A DNA stretch of 61,430 bases, counting the filler, from Choristocarpus tenellus KU-1152 (lineage: Eukaryota > Protista > Phaeophyceae), in NCBI GenBank assembly GCA_964200185.2. It is 7 parts of 7 records of this genome, joined end to end, with 100 filler letters (N's around TTAATTAATTAA, not from the genome) between each part and the next. Parts side by side here need not be neighbours in the genome. Positions count along the whole stretch, not along the records: positions 12,717 to 21,153 come from CAXNAD020004713.1; positions 21,254 to 34,951 come from CAXNAD020001404.1; 5 more parts are not named here. One strand, given 5' to 3'. The translations under genes were made by a program, and so were the position numbers. The number at the start of each line of letters is the position of its first letter. Within the stretch, counting starts at the first letter, position 1. Under the pieces are notes generated by a model that worked only from the letters and a program-made list of their open reading frames with translations, was not told where the DNA came from and ran no database searches. Positions 13,334 to 27,200 of this stretch are shown piece after piece.

Positions 13334-14050
13334 ATGCCCCGGTCTACGCGGAAAAGAAGAGTGTCTGGTGCAGCTGTGAGTGGAGGGAAGAGTAGTTGTG
13401 ATGCGGAGAGAAGGAGGAGAAGAACCGAAGTCGTTGGTTTTTCCGAGCGTATGGAGAAGCGTGCAGAGAAACGAGACAAGGTCTCCATTGATACAGTCGG
13501 GGCGATATTATCGTTCGTACCCGACGACGACTTCCTTTTCGTGGCCACGGTGTCAAAGGCTTGGAGGAATGCGTGGGGTAGTCGTTCTCCCACTACCAGC
13601 ATGCAAGCTGCGGTTAGATCCACTTCACGATTGGCCTGGGCGAAACAAAGTGGGTACCCATGTGAGACTAAAACTACCGCATACTTGGCGGAAGCGGGAG
13701 ACCTGGCAACCTTGCAGTGGGCCACCGACAACGGGTTTCCGATTAATTCGGCGGCCCTTATCTTTGCTGCGAGAGGTGGCAGGGTTGGCGTTTTGAGGTG
13801 GATGTTGGCGGAAGGATGGCGGGTAGATGACGATAAACTTGCGCACTCTGCTGCCCAGAACGGGCACATACATGTGCTCAAGTTTTTGAGGGCAAATGGG
13901 TGCCCTTGGAACGAGCGAACCTGCTCGTATGCAGCGAGGGCGGGCCACGTCGATGTTGTGATGTGGTTAAGGGCCAATGGTTGCCCTTCCCATGTGGACA
14001 GCGTGGAATATGCTCTCAAGCGGGCGGCGAAGATGTCTCGGAGCGACTAG
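13334..14050 (+). CDS. Intronless ankyrin-repeat protein with an F-box-like N-terminal segment (brown-algal/phaeovirus-like type), 238 aa
   Basis: ILSFVPDDDFLFVATVSKAWR segment followed by repeats AEAGDLATLQWA, AARGGRVGVLRWM, AAQNGHIHVLKFLRANGCPWNERTC and AARAGHVDVVMWLRANGCP. The basic N-terminus looks NLS-like. Confidence 0.85.
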   Translation: MPRSTRKRRVSGAAVSGGKSSCDAERRRRRTEVVGFSERMEKRAEKRDKVSIDTVGAILSFVPDDDFLFVATVSKAWRNAWGSRSPTTSMQAAVRSTSRLAWAKQSGYPCETKTTAYLAEAGDLATLQWATDNGFPINSAALIFAARGGRVGVLRWMLAEGWRVDDDKLAHSAAQNGHIHVLKFLRANGCPWNERTCSYAARAGHVDVVMWLRANGCPSHVDSVEYALKRAAKMSRSD

Positions 14051-17000
14051 GAGTTAACCAATGACATGGACTTGTTGCAGTGGTCAGGGCTGTTCGGGGT
14101 TGATACTGATTGGAGGTGGGATTCGTTAAATGTTAGGTGTTGTTGTAAGTATTTCTGTTAGTAGTGTATGATCCTCTGTATGTTTTGGCTGAAGGATTGA
14201 ACTGCAGCCATTCGTTTGCTTCAAGTCGTCTCTGCTTTGTGTCATATTTAATGTGTGTGTGGTTTTACCAATAGGAACTCTGGTGTCCAGTGTTCTCTAT
14301 GGTTCTTGGTTGTCAGTTCCATGATGCTCTACTGTAGGATAACGATCCTATTGGGATTTGAGTGATCTCTTGGCAGAATACGTCTGGGAGTCACTGGGAT
14401 ATGTGACAACCATCAACATGATGAAGCTCATCATAGACGATTGAACCAACCAAATAGGTCAAAGCTCCAAGTGTGAACAATAGATAGACTCGTGTCGCCT
14501 TTTGGATGGCATGCACATGCAGAAGAGACATGATAATGTTGTCTAGGTCAGTTTACCTACTGAACTACTACTAGGTGCTGTTGCTTCTTGCTAGGTGGAA
14601 ATTTTATCAAAGAAGAATGATTTTTGAGAGAGTTTGGCTAGTTCCAAGGAGGAACTGTGGACCTGGCAACATGAGTCCAAAAGTACAAAGGTCGAGAGTG
14701 GAACGGGAAGGACTATGATGCATTGTTTCTTTTTTGATGGTGGCTGGGGCAGTGTCCACCTGCAATCTTTGCAAGCACTAAAAAATAATGAATAGAAACT
14801 TCAGGTCCCTTGACCGTTAAAAGGTGTTATTACTTGTAGTGTTCTCCACGGTTCATTGTTCACTGTGTGCTTTAGATAAAGTACTGACAAAAATAGAGTG
14901 CATGCTACCATTGTGTAATACTAGAAATAGAAAGGAATGCCAGCTATGGTATTGCTACAATATTACCCTCTTGGACGTACATAAGAGGGACTGTTGTTTG
15001 TAGTAATTTCGATCTCTTCATTTCTAATTGCATTTCCAGTTTCAGTGAGTCAAAGTAAGTGAGAGGTAAGTAGAGTTGCATTTTGAAGTATTCCCAAAAG
15101 TATATGCAAAATCGATCTTTTTACAAATGTGAATTGACTATTTTTCGAATTGTGTCGAAATGTTCCAAACATTGGAGAAATCAGTCCTCTCAAGTCATTC
15201 TTACCACTCTCTCCATAGATGAAATACAGGCGAATCAAAGAACATAATAAAAAAAACGGTCAAATTGCAAAAAGGTCAAGACCTGGGTACCTCTCGCTTA
15301 CTTTGCCTCACAAGGTATTCATGCCCGTATATTTTATCAATGTAATTTTAAACCCCAGTCTACACACAAGACTCTTCATCAAAAACAATGCTATGAGGCA
15401 GGGGATATGCCTTGACAACTGCCAACCATCTCAACGGTGGAGGAACTAAACAACACTGGAAGACTACAACTTATCAAACATGGCTATCATGTACATGGAT
15501 TGACTTCCTTGGGTCAGACACACTTGTGTTCATTCACAACAATGGTCAGTACAGCAATCCTCTCATGTAATACAACATCATACACACCACCAAACATTAC
15601 ACAACAAAAGACATATTGTATACTACGGCGTAAGTGAACTGAGGGATGAGGCAGACAGATGGGAACAGGACTTTCAACAACACACTATCTCACAATCTAC
15701 CTAGCACCCATCTTCTGAAGGGCCATGAGCAACACAATCAAGTCATGAAGAAGTTTGTATGGGACAAAATACCAATACGGAGCCAAAGGTTCATCACCAT
15801 CCCATCTCTTCCTGTTTAGTGTCACACTTGCTTTGTCTGACCTTTAAATTTTGCAGTGGACATCAAAAGCCCGTAATGGTTTTGATCTTTGGGTCAAAAC
15901 AATTTGCCACAATGTCTCAGGTGCTGTTGGCTCAGGTCTCATGTGGCACTACCCATCCCTCTGAAAGAGAAGTCAACCTTTGATTTGACCTGACCCTCTG
16001 CTGTGATGGCCTCGTCCCCTTCACTGAATATTGTTGCTTGATATTGGCCCAGCTGCAGTTTCCCTGCCGGTAGCCTGGGCATCTGAGCATGCGGACGAAG
16101 CAAGTATCCTGGAGAGTGGGGAGAGGGGACAAGGAATCTAAGTACTTTACTTCTTTTGGGGGTGAGGAGCAAAGGAGTACACCAGATTTATGGACCGACC
16201 AACACAAACATGACTCCTATACATTGGCTGGTCAGCTTTATGAGAGCTGCACATTACCATACCAAATTATAATATTACGCTATAACTGCCACAAAATTAC
16301 ATCAAGTGTGCTTGATACTTCCTACCTGAAAATTTCCATCAAGGTGTTGGGCTTGGGGTTGGAAGCAACAGATGGGCAAGGTGGGGTGGGTGTCATACTA
16401 ATAAATGTCACCATAATGATAGCAATCAGTGACTCACTAATGGAGTGGCTCCAAAGGGCCGTCAACCAAGGAGAGTTGGAGACACCACAATTACTATTAA
16501 TAGTAATGAAATACATACAAGCACAGAACCCCAGCACACTACAGGCTTGGCACCAACATGATAGGAAATGTCTAAGGCATCAGTGCTCCCCATTCTTCAA
16601 AAAGCTCTTGCATTCTCACCCTACCTGCTTTGCTTGCCCGGGGTTGGCAGGCCCCCTTGCTACAAAGAAACACTATGTTGGCACTCTCTGCTTTCCCATG
16701 GGCACAGCAATAGGGTCAGGTCCAGTCACCGTAGCCCTAACACTAGATCCATCCTCAACTCCAGCAGCAGCTGCACCAGAATCACCCCCAGCCCACAAGT
16801 CTTTGGTCCTTGGGTTAGTATTCGCTAAGATTGAGTTATTGGTCTCCACTGTATCTTCATCCATGCGCCCCTTTCCGTCCCCAAATCCACCACCACCACC
16901 ATCACCCCCAACGCCCTTGTCTCCCTGATCCCTGGCCTCTCTGCACATCCGGAATACCTGTGTGTGTAATTGGGCATGGTGCAGGGATGCAACATTTTTT

Positions 17001-19392
17001 TATTATGCAGGTTTTATGACTTACAATCACCCAGGGTTGCTGAAAATCGAACTCCTGAGCGGCACCATTATTACCCATTCCACTCTGAATTAATTGCAAC
17101 TTGAGAACCGAGAACCCAAAGAGTTGTTGTTGTTGCAGTTGTTGTTGTTATTGTGTTTATTATAGGGCAGTAAGGGTGTGTGTCCATTCTCTGTGGTAGC
17201 GCTTGGATTCAAGTACCAAAGTGTCACGCAACAATGATCCAATGCTGTACACAAGCACTGCCAAGTCCTAAGATAAAGAAGATAAAGAAGATAAACAAGC
17301 TTGAAGGAAAGAGTATAGTGTGTTCTAGTGGATTAGAACAATACACCCTACACATGAAACATAAACAGCTTGCATTAAGGGACTGCAAGAACATGCCACA
17401 TCTTCTCATTTTCACAGTGTGGCATTTACATAGGCGGAGTCCAAAAGCACTATTCATGGTTCTCCTAATAACCCTAATGGCAGCCCAAAACTTGCGACAC
17501 AAGTATCAGTGGGAGGGAGAGGGGAGAGCAGGAGAACTAGAGCTCTGTGTATTGAAGGACACGATATCCTGTGAGCACCAGACACCTCTAGCACATGTTT
17601 CTTGCACCCCAAAGCATCGGACTACCAGTCAATGCAGCTTGACTAGGAAAATCTTTGTCAAAGGTTTGGCTATATCTGTGCCAAACACACACCACGGTGT
17701 GATATTTCCTTCAAAAAACAGCACCAAAACATCTTGGCTAAGAGTATTCAACCATAGTGGGATGAGAAAGGCAAAGCACTGGGGAGGAGAAACAGGGCCA
17801 GGGCAGCTGGGTGGCAAATCTGTCTCAATATGTCGTCTTCACTGCCCCAAGCACTATGAGCATGTACATCCCCTACACAAGAAAAGAGACAAGTTGGCGC
17901 ATGAGGTATGTAGCACAAATGGTAGGAGCAGTATCCAATTGAGTTCACACCTACCTCGGTGAGCAGCCCAACTGAAAAGGGTATGAAGTACACCATAGCC
18001 AGCAAGTCCTGGGAGACAAGATGCACCACAACCATGACAGTTTTCAAGCCGCTGTCCTGCAGAAACAGTGCAGGGTAAAGGATAGGGGTGAAGAAAGTAT
18101 GACCAGGCTCAGGAAGTATGACCAAGGTTAGGTCTGTGAGTTTGGTTTAGGGACCACTACAGTTCCAAGAGGTAGGTTGGCTCACAACCACTTTGTATCA
18201 GAGAAGAGAGGACTTTGAGAGATCAAGCAATGATAAAACAAATAATCAAAAGAAACCATACAACTGAGGCAGAGGATTGACAACAACTGTAGAACAGGAT
18301 ACACGGTAGAGGAGTGTGGTAGAGGGTCAGGGCTAGGACTGCAAGAGAGATGTCTGATATAGGGTTAGGGACAAGAGACAGGTTGCAGGGGGTGAGGGTG
18401 ATTTCACGTTTGTAGCCCAGGTCATGCAAACATCGTCGCTCTCAAATATTTGGTGGTAGGTAAGGGAATAAATAAAGCACTGTTGCACACATGATTGTTG
18501 TCTGACAGTTGTGTTTTGTGTTGCGTCCTCAGATATTCCAATTACTGTATATGAATGACATAGTGTCATACATCCAAGGCTAGCAAGTAGTGTTTTGTTC
18601 GTTGCTTTAGTAGGCAAGAGGGGTCGGGGGGATGAGGGGGCAGGATCGTCATAGAACTGCATCACAAACACCTGCATTAGTTGTGACACATATTTCAAGG
18701 TATATTTTACTAAGAACAGCACAAGATGGGGTGGAGAATAGTACATCAATTGAGTGTTGCGCAATTGTGATACGGCAACTCTTCTGAATGAGGGAAATGT
18801 ACGCACATTGCTACAGTAGAGAGCATGAGGAGAGGGAGTACTGCAATTCAACTCATGGGGAAAGGGGTTGAGGGATGAAAATCCGGTCCTGGAGGACATG
18901 TCCTTTTTGGTTGTGCATTCAATGCAGGTGCAGGCAATCTAATGACTAAGTGGGTAATGTGCTGGATATGGAATACATGCAAGTTCGAAGCCCATCTTGA
19001 TCGCACACACAACCATGTTTTGAACGGCCTATTTTGATAACCAGTAGTTTCTACAATGGCAGGTAGCTCCAGATTAGATAGCTTATCAATCTCTTTCTCA
19101 ACGTGGGGAATCTCATTTATCCCTCCGAGGAAAGGTGGACGCTTGGGTTGTGAGAACAGAGGAAAATAGGTAAGAAAACATCTAGGTAAGATATGGCTGT
19201 GGGTCTGCCCCACATGATAGGGGACGCAAGATCATGCTGCAGGTACAGCTGGGTGTAGGGGGTGGAGGTTGCAGACACAGCATGCAGAGGTCAGCCAGTT
19301 CATCTCAACTGACATTGGACCAAGCATTCACAGAACATACATCTGGACCTAACAATAACTAATCCTTACTCATCACCTTACCTCGAATATAG

Positions 19393-20593
19393 AAGAGACA
19401 TCCGAGTCATGTCATCGATGTGTTCGTGGCTCACGACAATGTGGGCTCCAACCGTTCTTCTCACTTTGCTGGCTTTTGGACCGACAGACGGTGCCAAGGC
19501 GAGTCTTGACTAAGGGGATTGCATATACAAGGCTGCAAAATATCTCACCTCGCCCCATCTCGTGTTGTGATGTTGACGTCAAAAAGTGGGAGAGGAAGGA
19601 TGGGAGGCTTTCATGAAGCGTGTGTGGAAGTCTATCTTGGGAAAAATAGGGTTCAAAGAATGTGCATGATGGATTGAGGCGACGGGATTGGCAATGGCAG
19701 GGAAGCTTAGTCCAAAGTCATGCCTCTATTCCATGATTATGCTAACTTCGATCCCCGTACAATATTTAACACCTCTCAGTTATACAACGGATTCACGGAT
19801 CGAAATGTGCGGAACCTATGCGGTAACACCACGATCCTGTCCTGTGATGGACGCCTGGTGAACATACCGTGGACGGTCGAAGTTCACGTCACGGAAGATA
19901 TGCCGGAGTGTCATTTCCCAAAGTGTCCACCTCTGCCTTTTGTGGACTCTGCGGCCCTGCCCGAAGGCCTAATATATACTGTGCCTTTGACCAGGGCCGC
20001 AGGGTTCACAAAATAAAGAGATGGACACTCTGGGGATTGAAACTTCAGCATATCCTCCGTGACGCGAACCTCAACCGTTTACGGCATGGTCACCAAGCGT
20101 CCATCACAAAACAGGATCGTTGGGTCACCACACAAATTCCGCACATTTCGATCGGCGAAATCGTCGTGTATCTTAAATGTATTGAACATTTTAAGGACAA
20201 CAAAGTGAGCATAATCATGCGATCGAGGCGTGACCATGGACTACGCTTCCCTGCCATTACCAATCCCGTCACCTCTATCCACCATGACATGCATTCCGAC
20301 CCAGTACTTCGCAATAAGACAGACTTCAATAGCCGCTTGAAGGAACCCTCCCCCCTACCTTCTTCCACATCTTCACGTCAACATCGCCACACGAGAGGGG
20401 GCGTGGCGAGACATGCGAGTTCCGGGCTCGGTTCTTACAGCAAAGCTAGATCGTGCAGCCTTGGATACCCCCTAAGTCAAGACTCGCCTTGGCACCACTG
20501 GTCGATCCAAGAGCCAGCAAAGTAAGAAGAACGGCTCGAACCCACATTATCGTGAGCCACGAACACATCGATTACATGGCTCGGATGTCTCTT
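19393..20593 (-). ncRNA. Long imperfect inverted repeat; candidate hairpin-RNA / long miRNA precursor (strand inferred)
   Basis: 19393-19959 is the reverse complement of 19992-20593 at about 79% identity in the inner part. The short central spacer forms a further 7-bp stem with a 14-nt loop. The inverted repeat itself is certain; the RNA function is inferred. Confidence 0.55.
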
Positions 20594-21029
20594 GCAACCG
20601 CAACACGCTGCTTGAAGGATAGAGGTAGGTATATGCGATCCAAATGTGAAGAAATTGGTGATCCTCAGCAAAAAGAGACTTTATTGTTCTTGTCCTCTCG
20701 TGAGGACGCGCACGGAGAACCTCGCTACAGCCCCATGCCAGAAACGCGCAAAATACTTTTTTCTGATCTTAGAGACAAGACCAACACACAAGGATAGTTA
20801 ATAGTAGTACAAATGTGTGCAAACAGGAGTGTGTTTGGGTCGAGGAGGAGTCAATCTGTAGGAATGGAAGACATGATAAGTACCTTCTTTGGGACAGTCC
20901 TACCATACTGAGACAGGGACTAACCTAGTCAAAATATGTGATTTTGTATATTATCTAGACCTCTACAACTCTTCTCTCTAGAGTCGTTAAGATTTCTCTT
21001 TTGTTGAGATTGTATATATATGTATATAT

Positions 21030-21153
21030 TATTGTGCCCTCTGACATTTTGCAGATGTATCAGGGGGAAAACCAATGAAAACTATATATATGCATGTCTT
21101 TATTAGCCATAAAGAAAAAAAATATCCTAAACATAAGAACACTATAAAACATT
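21030..21153 (+). repeat. Dispersed repeat at contig end (second copy ~34830-34951)
   Basis: GCCCTCTGACATTT..GATGT.TCAGGGGGAAAAC.AATGAA.ACTATA...CACTATAAAACA ends both contig 3 and contig 4. Confidence 0.85.
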
Positions 21154-21253
21154 NNNNNNNNNNNNNNNNNNNNNNNNNNNNNNNNNNNNNNNNNNNNTTA
21201 ATTAATTAANNNNNNNNNNNNNNNNNNNNNNNNNNNNNNNNNNNNNNNNNNNN
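21154..21253. other. Artificial contig spacer
   Basis: N-run with TTAATTAATTAA at 21198-21209. Confidence 0.97.
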
Positions 21254-21272
21254 GGGGGGAGGAAGTAGGCAC

Positions 21273-24200
21273 CTGAATCGTGCCCACACCGGCTTCCTGA
21301 AGAAGAACACCTGCAGTGAAGTACCCTCGCACTCAGTCACGTAGAACAAAGACCGAACCTGTTCAAAACAGAAAAAAAAAATGTCATGAGCAACAGAGGG
21401 ACAGCTGGGCGAGATATGCATGACAACAAATGCAAGCAACCCATGCCAGAAATACAGAACAAGTGCAGGGTGAGTACAAGATGGCAACAGGGCGATGCAG
21501 GTACCAGTTCCAGTTCTCGATGGACCTGTGCTAGAGTAGAGGTTGGTAATGCTCTATAGAGTAGGGACTCTATTGTGCCCTGCAATGGATGCAAATAAAT
21601 ATATAGGAAGAACACACACGTCTGTGGGAAAAATGTATGAAAATAATAGTGTTGCAATCTCAATAACTTATCCTTTTTGACCTTTTTGTGACTCAGTTGG
21701 AGTGACAGGTCAGGCTCAACCACCACGTGAGACTCCGCGAAGTTTACCCTGCCAACAACAGACATAACTTTACAACTATCCCAGCACCTCGACAGGGTAA
21801 ACAGGCTCACAACAGCAAGGGCTGGCAAGCTTGTGCCCCTGCTCCCAGTCTCCTCCCCCACAACCTTCACATGACAAAACTTAGGGGCTACCCTGTCACA
21901 GACCAAGCAATGCAGATGCATATCCAACAACCAAATGCTCTATTTACTCAGAAGAAACACCACAGCACACTTTGCCTTCTCCAAAAACAAACCACAAAGA
22001 CACACACAAATGCATACAATATACTCTTAGGGTGCCAGGTGCAACTCCTCCAAACACCCGCCCAACCCCCCCCCCCCCACCTTGAAATGAACAAATGCAA
22101 GAGTCAGCATGAACAGCATGGGGGGGAGGACCGAGAAGGAAAGCAGCAACAAAAACATCCTGGTGGAAGTTTTGCAATTGTCATACCAGAGGAATTATCA
22201 TGCCAGAAAAGGTCCAGTAGATGAGGTGATCTAGTAACTCCAATCGCTTAAAACGGTCACTGGGGGGATTGACCGATCTCTTCCTCTTCGCTCCACCCAA
22301 CCGCCTCCCAGTGCTCTTTCGATTACCTTTGAGATAGAGTTAGGGTTAGGGTAGGGGTTTGGATCAAGGATAAGGCCAGGTTAAACACCATCTCTTCCTG
22401 AAAAACTTCCCCCATACATACTTCCCTCCCCCATCTACATCTCAACCTCTACACCCAGTAGACACCATTTTTCTCTTGCTACCTCTCCCCTGCAGGGTTC
22501 CCCTGCCCTCGAGGGCATCAATAACAGCACTTCAAACCAGTGCGCTCCCTTCCTCCCCTTCCCAGTACTCTCCTCACCTTTCCCTTTACCCCGGCCTCTG
22601 TCCAAGACACCTGGCACATGGCCTCCTGTTCTCTTCTTCCCCTTCTTCGTTTCACATTCCCCACCACCTCGCCCATTCCGTGTCCCCTCACCAATAACAG
22701 AGTCCACAGCTGTCACTTCAACCTCCCCTCCCCTATTAGGCATCTCACACCATCTCCCCTCTTGCCCCTGATACTCCCTCAAATCAATCTGCTCCCTCAC
22801 ACCCCTACCACCCTCCAAACTACAACTGAAACCACCTGCAGAAGCTTCACTATCCATCTTTCCAAGAGTTTGCCTCCCCCTTGGTAAACCCCCCACGCCG
22901 GTCAAACTTAGGGTTAGGGTGGATCCAGCAACGGAAGTTGCCTCCCTGTAGTGATTCCCATTGCCAATCTTACCCCTTCTGTCCCTGCTACCTGTATCAT
23001 CACTACCTGTATCATTGCTTACATGCTCCTCGCATGTGTTGTGGTTTTGCCAACCATCTCCATTAGCCTGAATAGATATACCAGAAAGGCCCATGCCACC
23101 CCCCTCAACGTTTAGCGCCCTATCGCCATTTTGAGAGTGGTGTCGTTTCCCATCCTGGCGTGGTATGTGAGAGGGGTTCTCAGTCCCCATATCTCCTCCA
23201 TTGTTCCCCCCTGCCCCCCCTCTGAGCTGCTCTTGCACAGGGGTAGTACTGGGTTGGAGAGACATCCAGTCCATGGCGTCCGTACTCATTCCTTGCCTTA
23301 CCTGAGGGGATACCTTTTTGAAACATCTTTGAAACTGCACATATTAAAATGAACACAACCATTGTAAACTAAGACCCCAAAAAGGGATTAACAGGAATTC
23401 CCTTCGTGAGTACTACACAATGATCAGGTAGGACCGCCATGAAGTAGGACCACCATAAGTGGGAAAGTACCACAACTCTTGTCTACCATTATAGAAGGAA
23501 AAAACCCCAGGTACCATGGAGCATGACACATCCAAATATTACTGCAATTACACCACAACACATTGACAGGATGACATCCCTTAGCATTAGCTTCCACGAT
23601 AGTATACATACAGTACACAAAACTTCAAAGCGTTCACCACAATAGCAACACCAGCAAATGCACTTGATTTTTGGACAAGTAACAACACAATCGAACTCAA
23701 AGACACAAGCCCATCTAGGAATGGCCATCAACTGCAAGCACTAAATGGGCTTGACATGCAAAAGGGTGAGGCTGCTGCCCTTGTGGGACTCAGCAGTTTT
23801 CAACTCTTTCATACATGCAGACAAACACAGCAGTGCACAAAAACACACGGTAAAAAAAGTTGATTAAAGGCATCACAGACAAAATAAAAACGATGTCTGC
23901 CTTTCAAGCTCTTACTAGAGCACACACCACACACACACACACACACATGCAATACTAATGCTCTCTGTAGTGTCCTTCAGTACCGTATTACAACTGAGGT
24001 ATAAAAAAAAACACATAGGTCATGCCAAGATTAAAAATAATGAGACTGAGGGGAAGGAGGGCATACTGTAGAAAAAGCAAAACATAGCACACCAATGGGA
24101 GAGAGCCTTTATTCTACGTTGTAGAGCCAATCGGAAGCTTTTGAACTTCAACCTACCCCACCCCCTCAATCTCGATCGAGGGTAGGGCCATACTTCAAAC

Positions 24201-27200
24201 AATCCTACGCACACCAAAAAAAGACAATTGCGGCCTTCCTATTTACCTCAAGCACAGACATTCTCTCGTGACGCCTAAGCTCCACAAACTTCACTACCGA
24301 ACGAATCAAGACCTTCAAGTTGTGCATAGATCCCCATAATTCCATGGGGAACACCTGGTAAAGAGGGGGGCAGGGGACAATCAATAGAACAAAGAAGTGC
24401 GTAACCGGAGACTTTTTTTTTTCTCACCACGGTAAGAGTTCAGAAAATTTGGACCTCACTACATTTTGTACACCTGAATAGGGTAGTTCACTGAAAACTA
24501 CAGCATTGCGAACCGCTGAGTAGTTCTGAGTGAAAGTACAAGGTCCTGGACCATGGTTCCATGCATGCGGTGCAGTATTGCTCCCCAAACGCCTACACAC
24601 AAAATGCACACAGAGTGCACACAGAGGTTCTTCTAAGCATGGAATAAAAACCACTGGTACGGTTTTCGTCATACTGCAACGTAGGAGGAAGAACAATAGA
24701 ACCACTTTTGGCCTGTCCGGAACCAACAAATGGGTTCCGACAGCACCATAAGAGGTAGGGTGTAGGCCTGTTCACAGGTTGGCTACCGTGTTGCTACCAC
24801 AATTGCATCAAGTCAGTACTGCCAGTTGGAGGAAAATAGTTCATATTTCTCTCACAACCAGGCTGCTGCAATTTCAGGACATGAATCAATACCCTCCAGC
24901 AAAGACTGACTGACACTGAGAGAATAGATGCTATTACTAGTTTCCTCAGTATATAATTCACACACACACACACACACACATATATATGCTGAGGTAGAGG
25001 AGGGAATAGATGCTATTGATAGTTTTTCTCAATACCTACTTCATACATATATATATATGTATATATGCTGAGGTACAGGTGTTTTGAAACTTGGTGCACC
25101 TTCTAGTCCCTGTGCAGTGATTACAGTAGTTGCATAAGGTTCAACTTCACCAGAGCACAGGTTGTGATATCGTATGGATCGTCTTGTCCCCACCATCTCC
25201 TCACAGAAGGCACAATGAACGCAAGCACCCCAACAGACACACCAATAGCTAGATATCAACACAAAAATATATCAGCTTCAACATACTCTTTGCGTGGGGG
25301 CGCACTGTTCATACACACCTAGAGAAGTGGGATGCCACTGTGACTGTGGTCAACACAGGAACATAAGACCTTCCAATGGTGTGTTGTAATCCATGGATGT
25401 GCCACGACCCAACAATCTCTTGCCACTCTTAAATGGTGAGGATACTCTTTATCAATACAGACAGTATGCATATGAGGGAGAGGGAAAGTACTGGAGGAGG
25501 CTGGGGCACACACCTTGATAATAACAGAAGAAAGAAGTCTGATCACCTGCCCATGCTCTGAAGCCATGCCCAAAATATCATAACTATCCAACTCTGGACC
25601 ATTATCCACACTTGGTAGGCCTTCCCCTCTATGATCCTTCTCCTCATCTCCCTCCTGATCATCCATTGACCCTTCCATTCGGGCACTACCTTCTGCAGAC
25701 ACATTTAGGCTTGCAAAGCTCGGTTCCTTCAAGACGGCACGCAGTCTACTGGAAACCTCCTCGCCTCTAGCCTCCAATGGCCCCACCCCTTCATCCTGTG
25801 AGGCACAGTGCATGACCACATCATCCTCACTAGACTCCTTTCCCTCCCTCCTCCCCAAAACCAAGGAATTTGGGGCTGTGTCCCCCATCATCAATCCCCT
25901 CCCCCGTTCTTTTCCATTCCTTCTTCTCCCTCTCTTCCGCCTGTAGAAGCTTTTTGGAAGGGGGCAATGTGCTTCCAAGAGACGTCCATAGTTACATGCC
26001 CTGGATCGCTTCAACACCTCCTCCAACAATGGGACGGCCTTGCGAAGTCTGGTAGGCATCTTTAGGCATCCTCGTCCCTTCTTATCCTGATTCCTACGGT
26101 CTTTGCAATTCCCCTCACTCTCCCTGCCCACCCCCCATGCCCTCGCCATTGTCCCTGCACAATTGTTCAACCACAGAGTTTGTTCTTCTGCCCTGGAGCC
26201 TGCCACAGGGCAGGCTTTGGTCCCCACTGTGTTCCTGGGCTGCGCAAATCCTTCACCAGTTGTCCCCCGTGCCCCACCCCAATCTTGCACCTGACTTGCA
26301 AATTGTCCACACCAAGAGCAGCTGGTATCAGTCGTTGCATCCTTGGCCTTGGTGGGAGACCGAAATATTTCTAAGACCAGATGGCGGGCTGCTGCAGCTG
26401 TGTCTGTCCCATACCCCCTTCCATGCGAAGAATCAATACTACTGCCGACAGAGGCAATTCTGCCAAGACTGATTGGGGTCCCTTGACGCCTTGGGTTGAG
26501 TGGATGGCCAAGAGGAAAGCCTGCTCGCCTGGCAGGAGAGGGTTGTAGATAAGTGCCGTGTGTGTGTGTGTGTGCATTGGAAGTAAAATCTTGCCTTCTC
26601 TATAGGCCTCTATACTGATACAAATGGTCAGTATTGTACACCTACAGGCAACCATGAAACAGAACATAAGTTGGGTAGCAAGAAAAGTCATCCTCCCAGC
26701 TCAACATGCTTGTAATACAATGCCTCTGAAGTGGTACCCAACAATAATTGTGGTCTCCTGAAGTGTGGTAAAAAGTGCAGATAACCTAAACTGTACCTCC
26801 CTTGCGTAAGTATGCTGCACTTTTTTGTCCCACTAGCAGAACACTACTGGGTTGTCTTTTCAGCCTTGTATCTCACTGTGAAGTGCCAGGGGATGTGAGC
26901 TAGAAATGGGCACAAAAAATGCAGAACTGATCATCCTGTGCATCAGCATTGGTGGACAAGGCTTCAAAAGGAGAACAGCTTGGTAAGGAGAGGCTAAGTC
27001 ATGTGCCCAGAGTCCTGCAGTCCCACTCCCTCATTTAGCAACTCAACACAAGCTAATACTCAAACCCCACATACTGTACCAATCCAGCTTGAAAATGACT
27101 CCAATATCAGCCTCACCTGACAAACGTGCTAGAATAGAAGATTTGGTAGTGGGGCAACCACCTTGTGTCTGCTGATTGCCTAGGGACCATGACCTTCCTG

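Noticed and set aside
16089-19213. Long ORFs (279, 260, 188 aa) as genes; a faint copia RNase H-like tail near 17630-17720
   Set aside because: No convincing motifs or splice structure. They are probably retroelement debris but too weak to call.
19720-20797. ORFs across the fold-back as real proteins
   Set aside because: No recognisable motifs, no obvious third-position bias in arm substitutions, and mutually overlapping frames.
22340-22357. TTAGGG telomeric repeats inside the TERT gene (also ~22908-22919)
   Set aside because: Only two units each. On the coding strand the first contains CTAAC at branch-point distance from an acceptor, so it is explained by splicing signal or chance.
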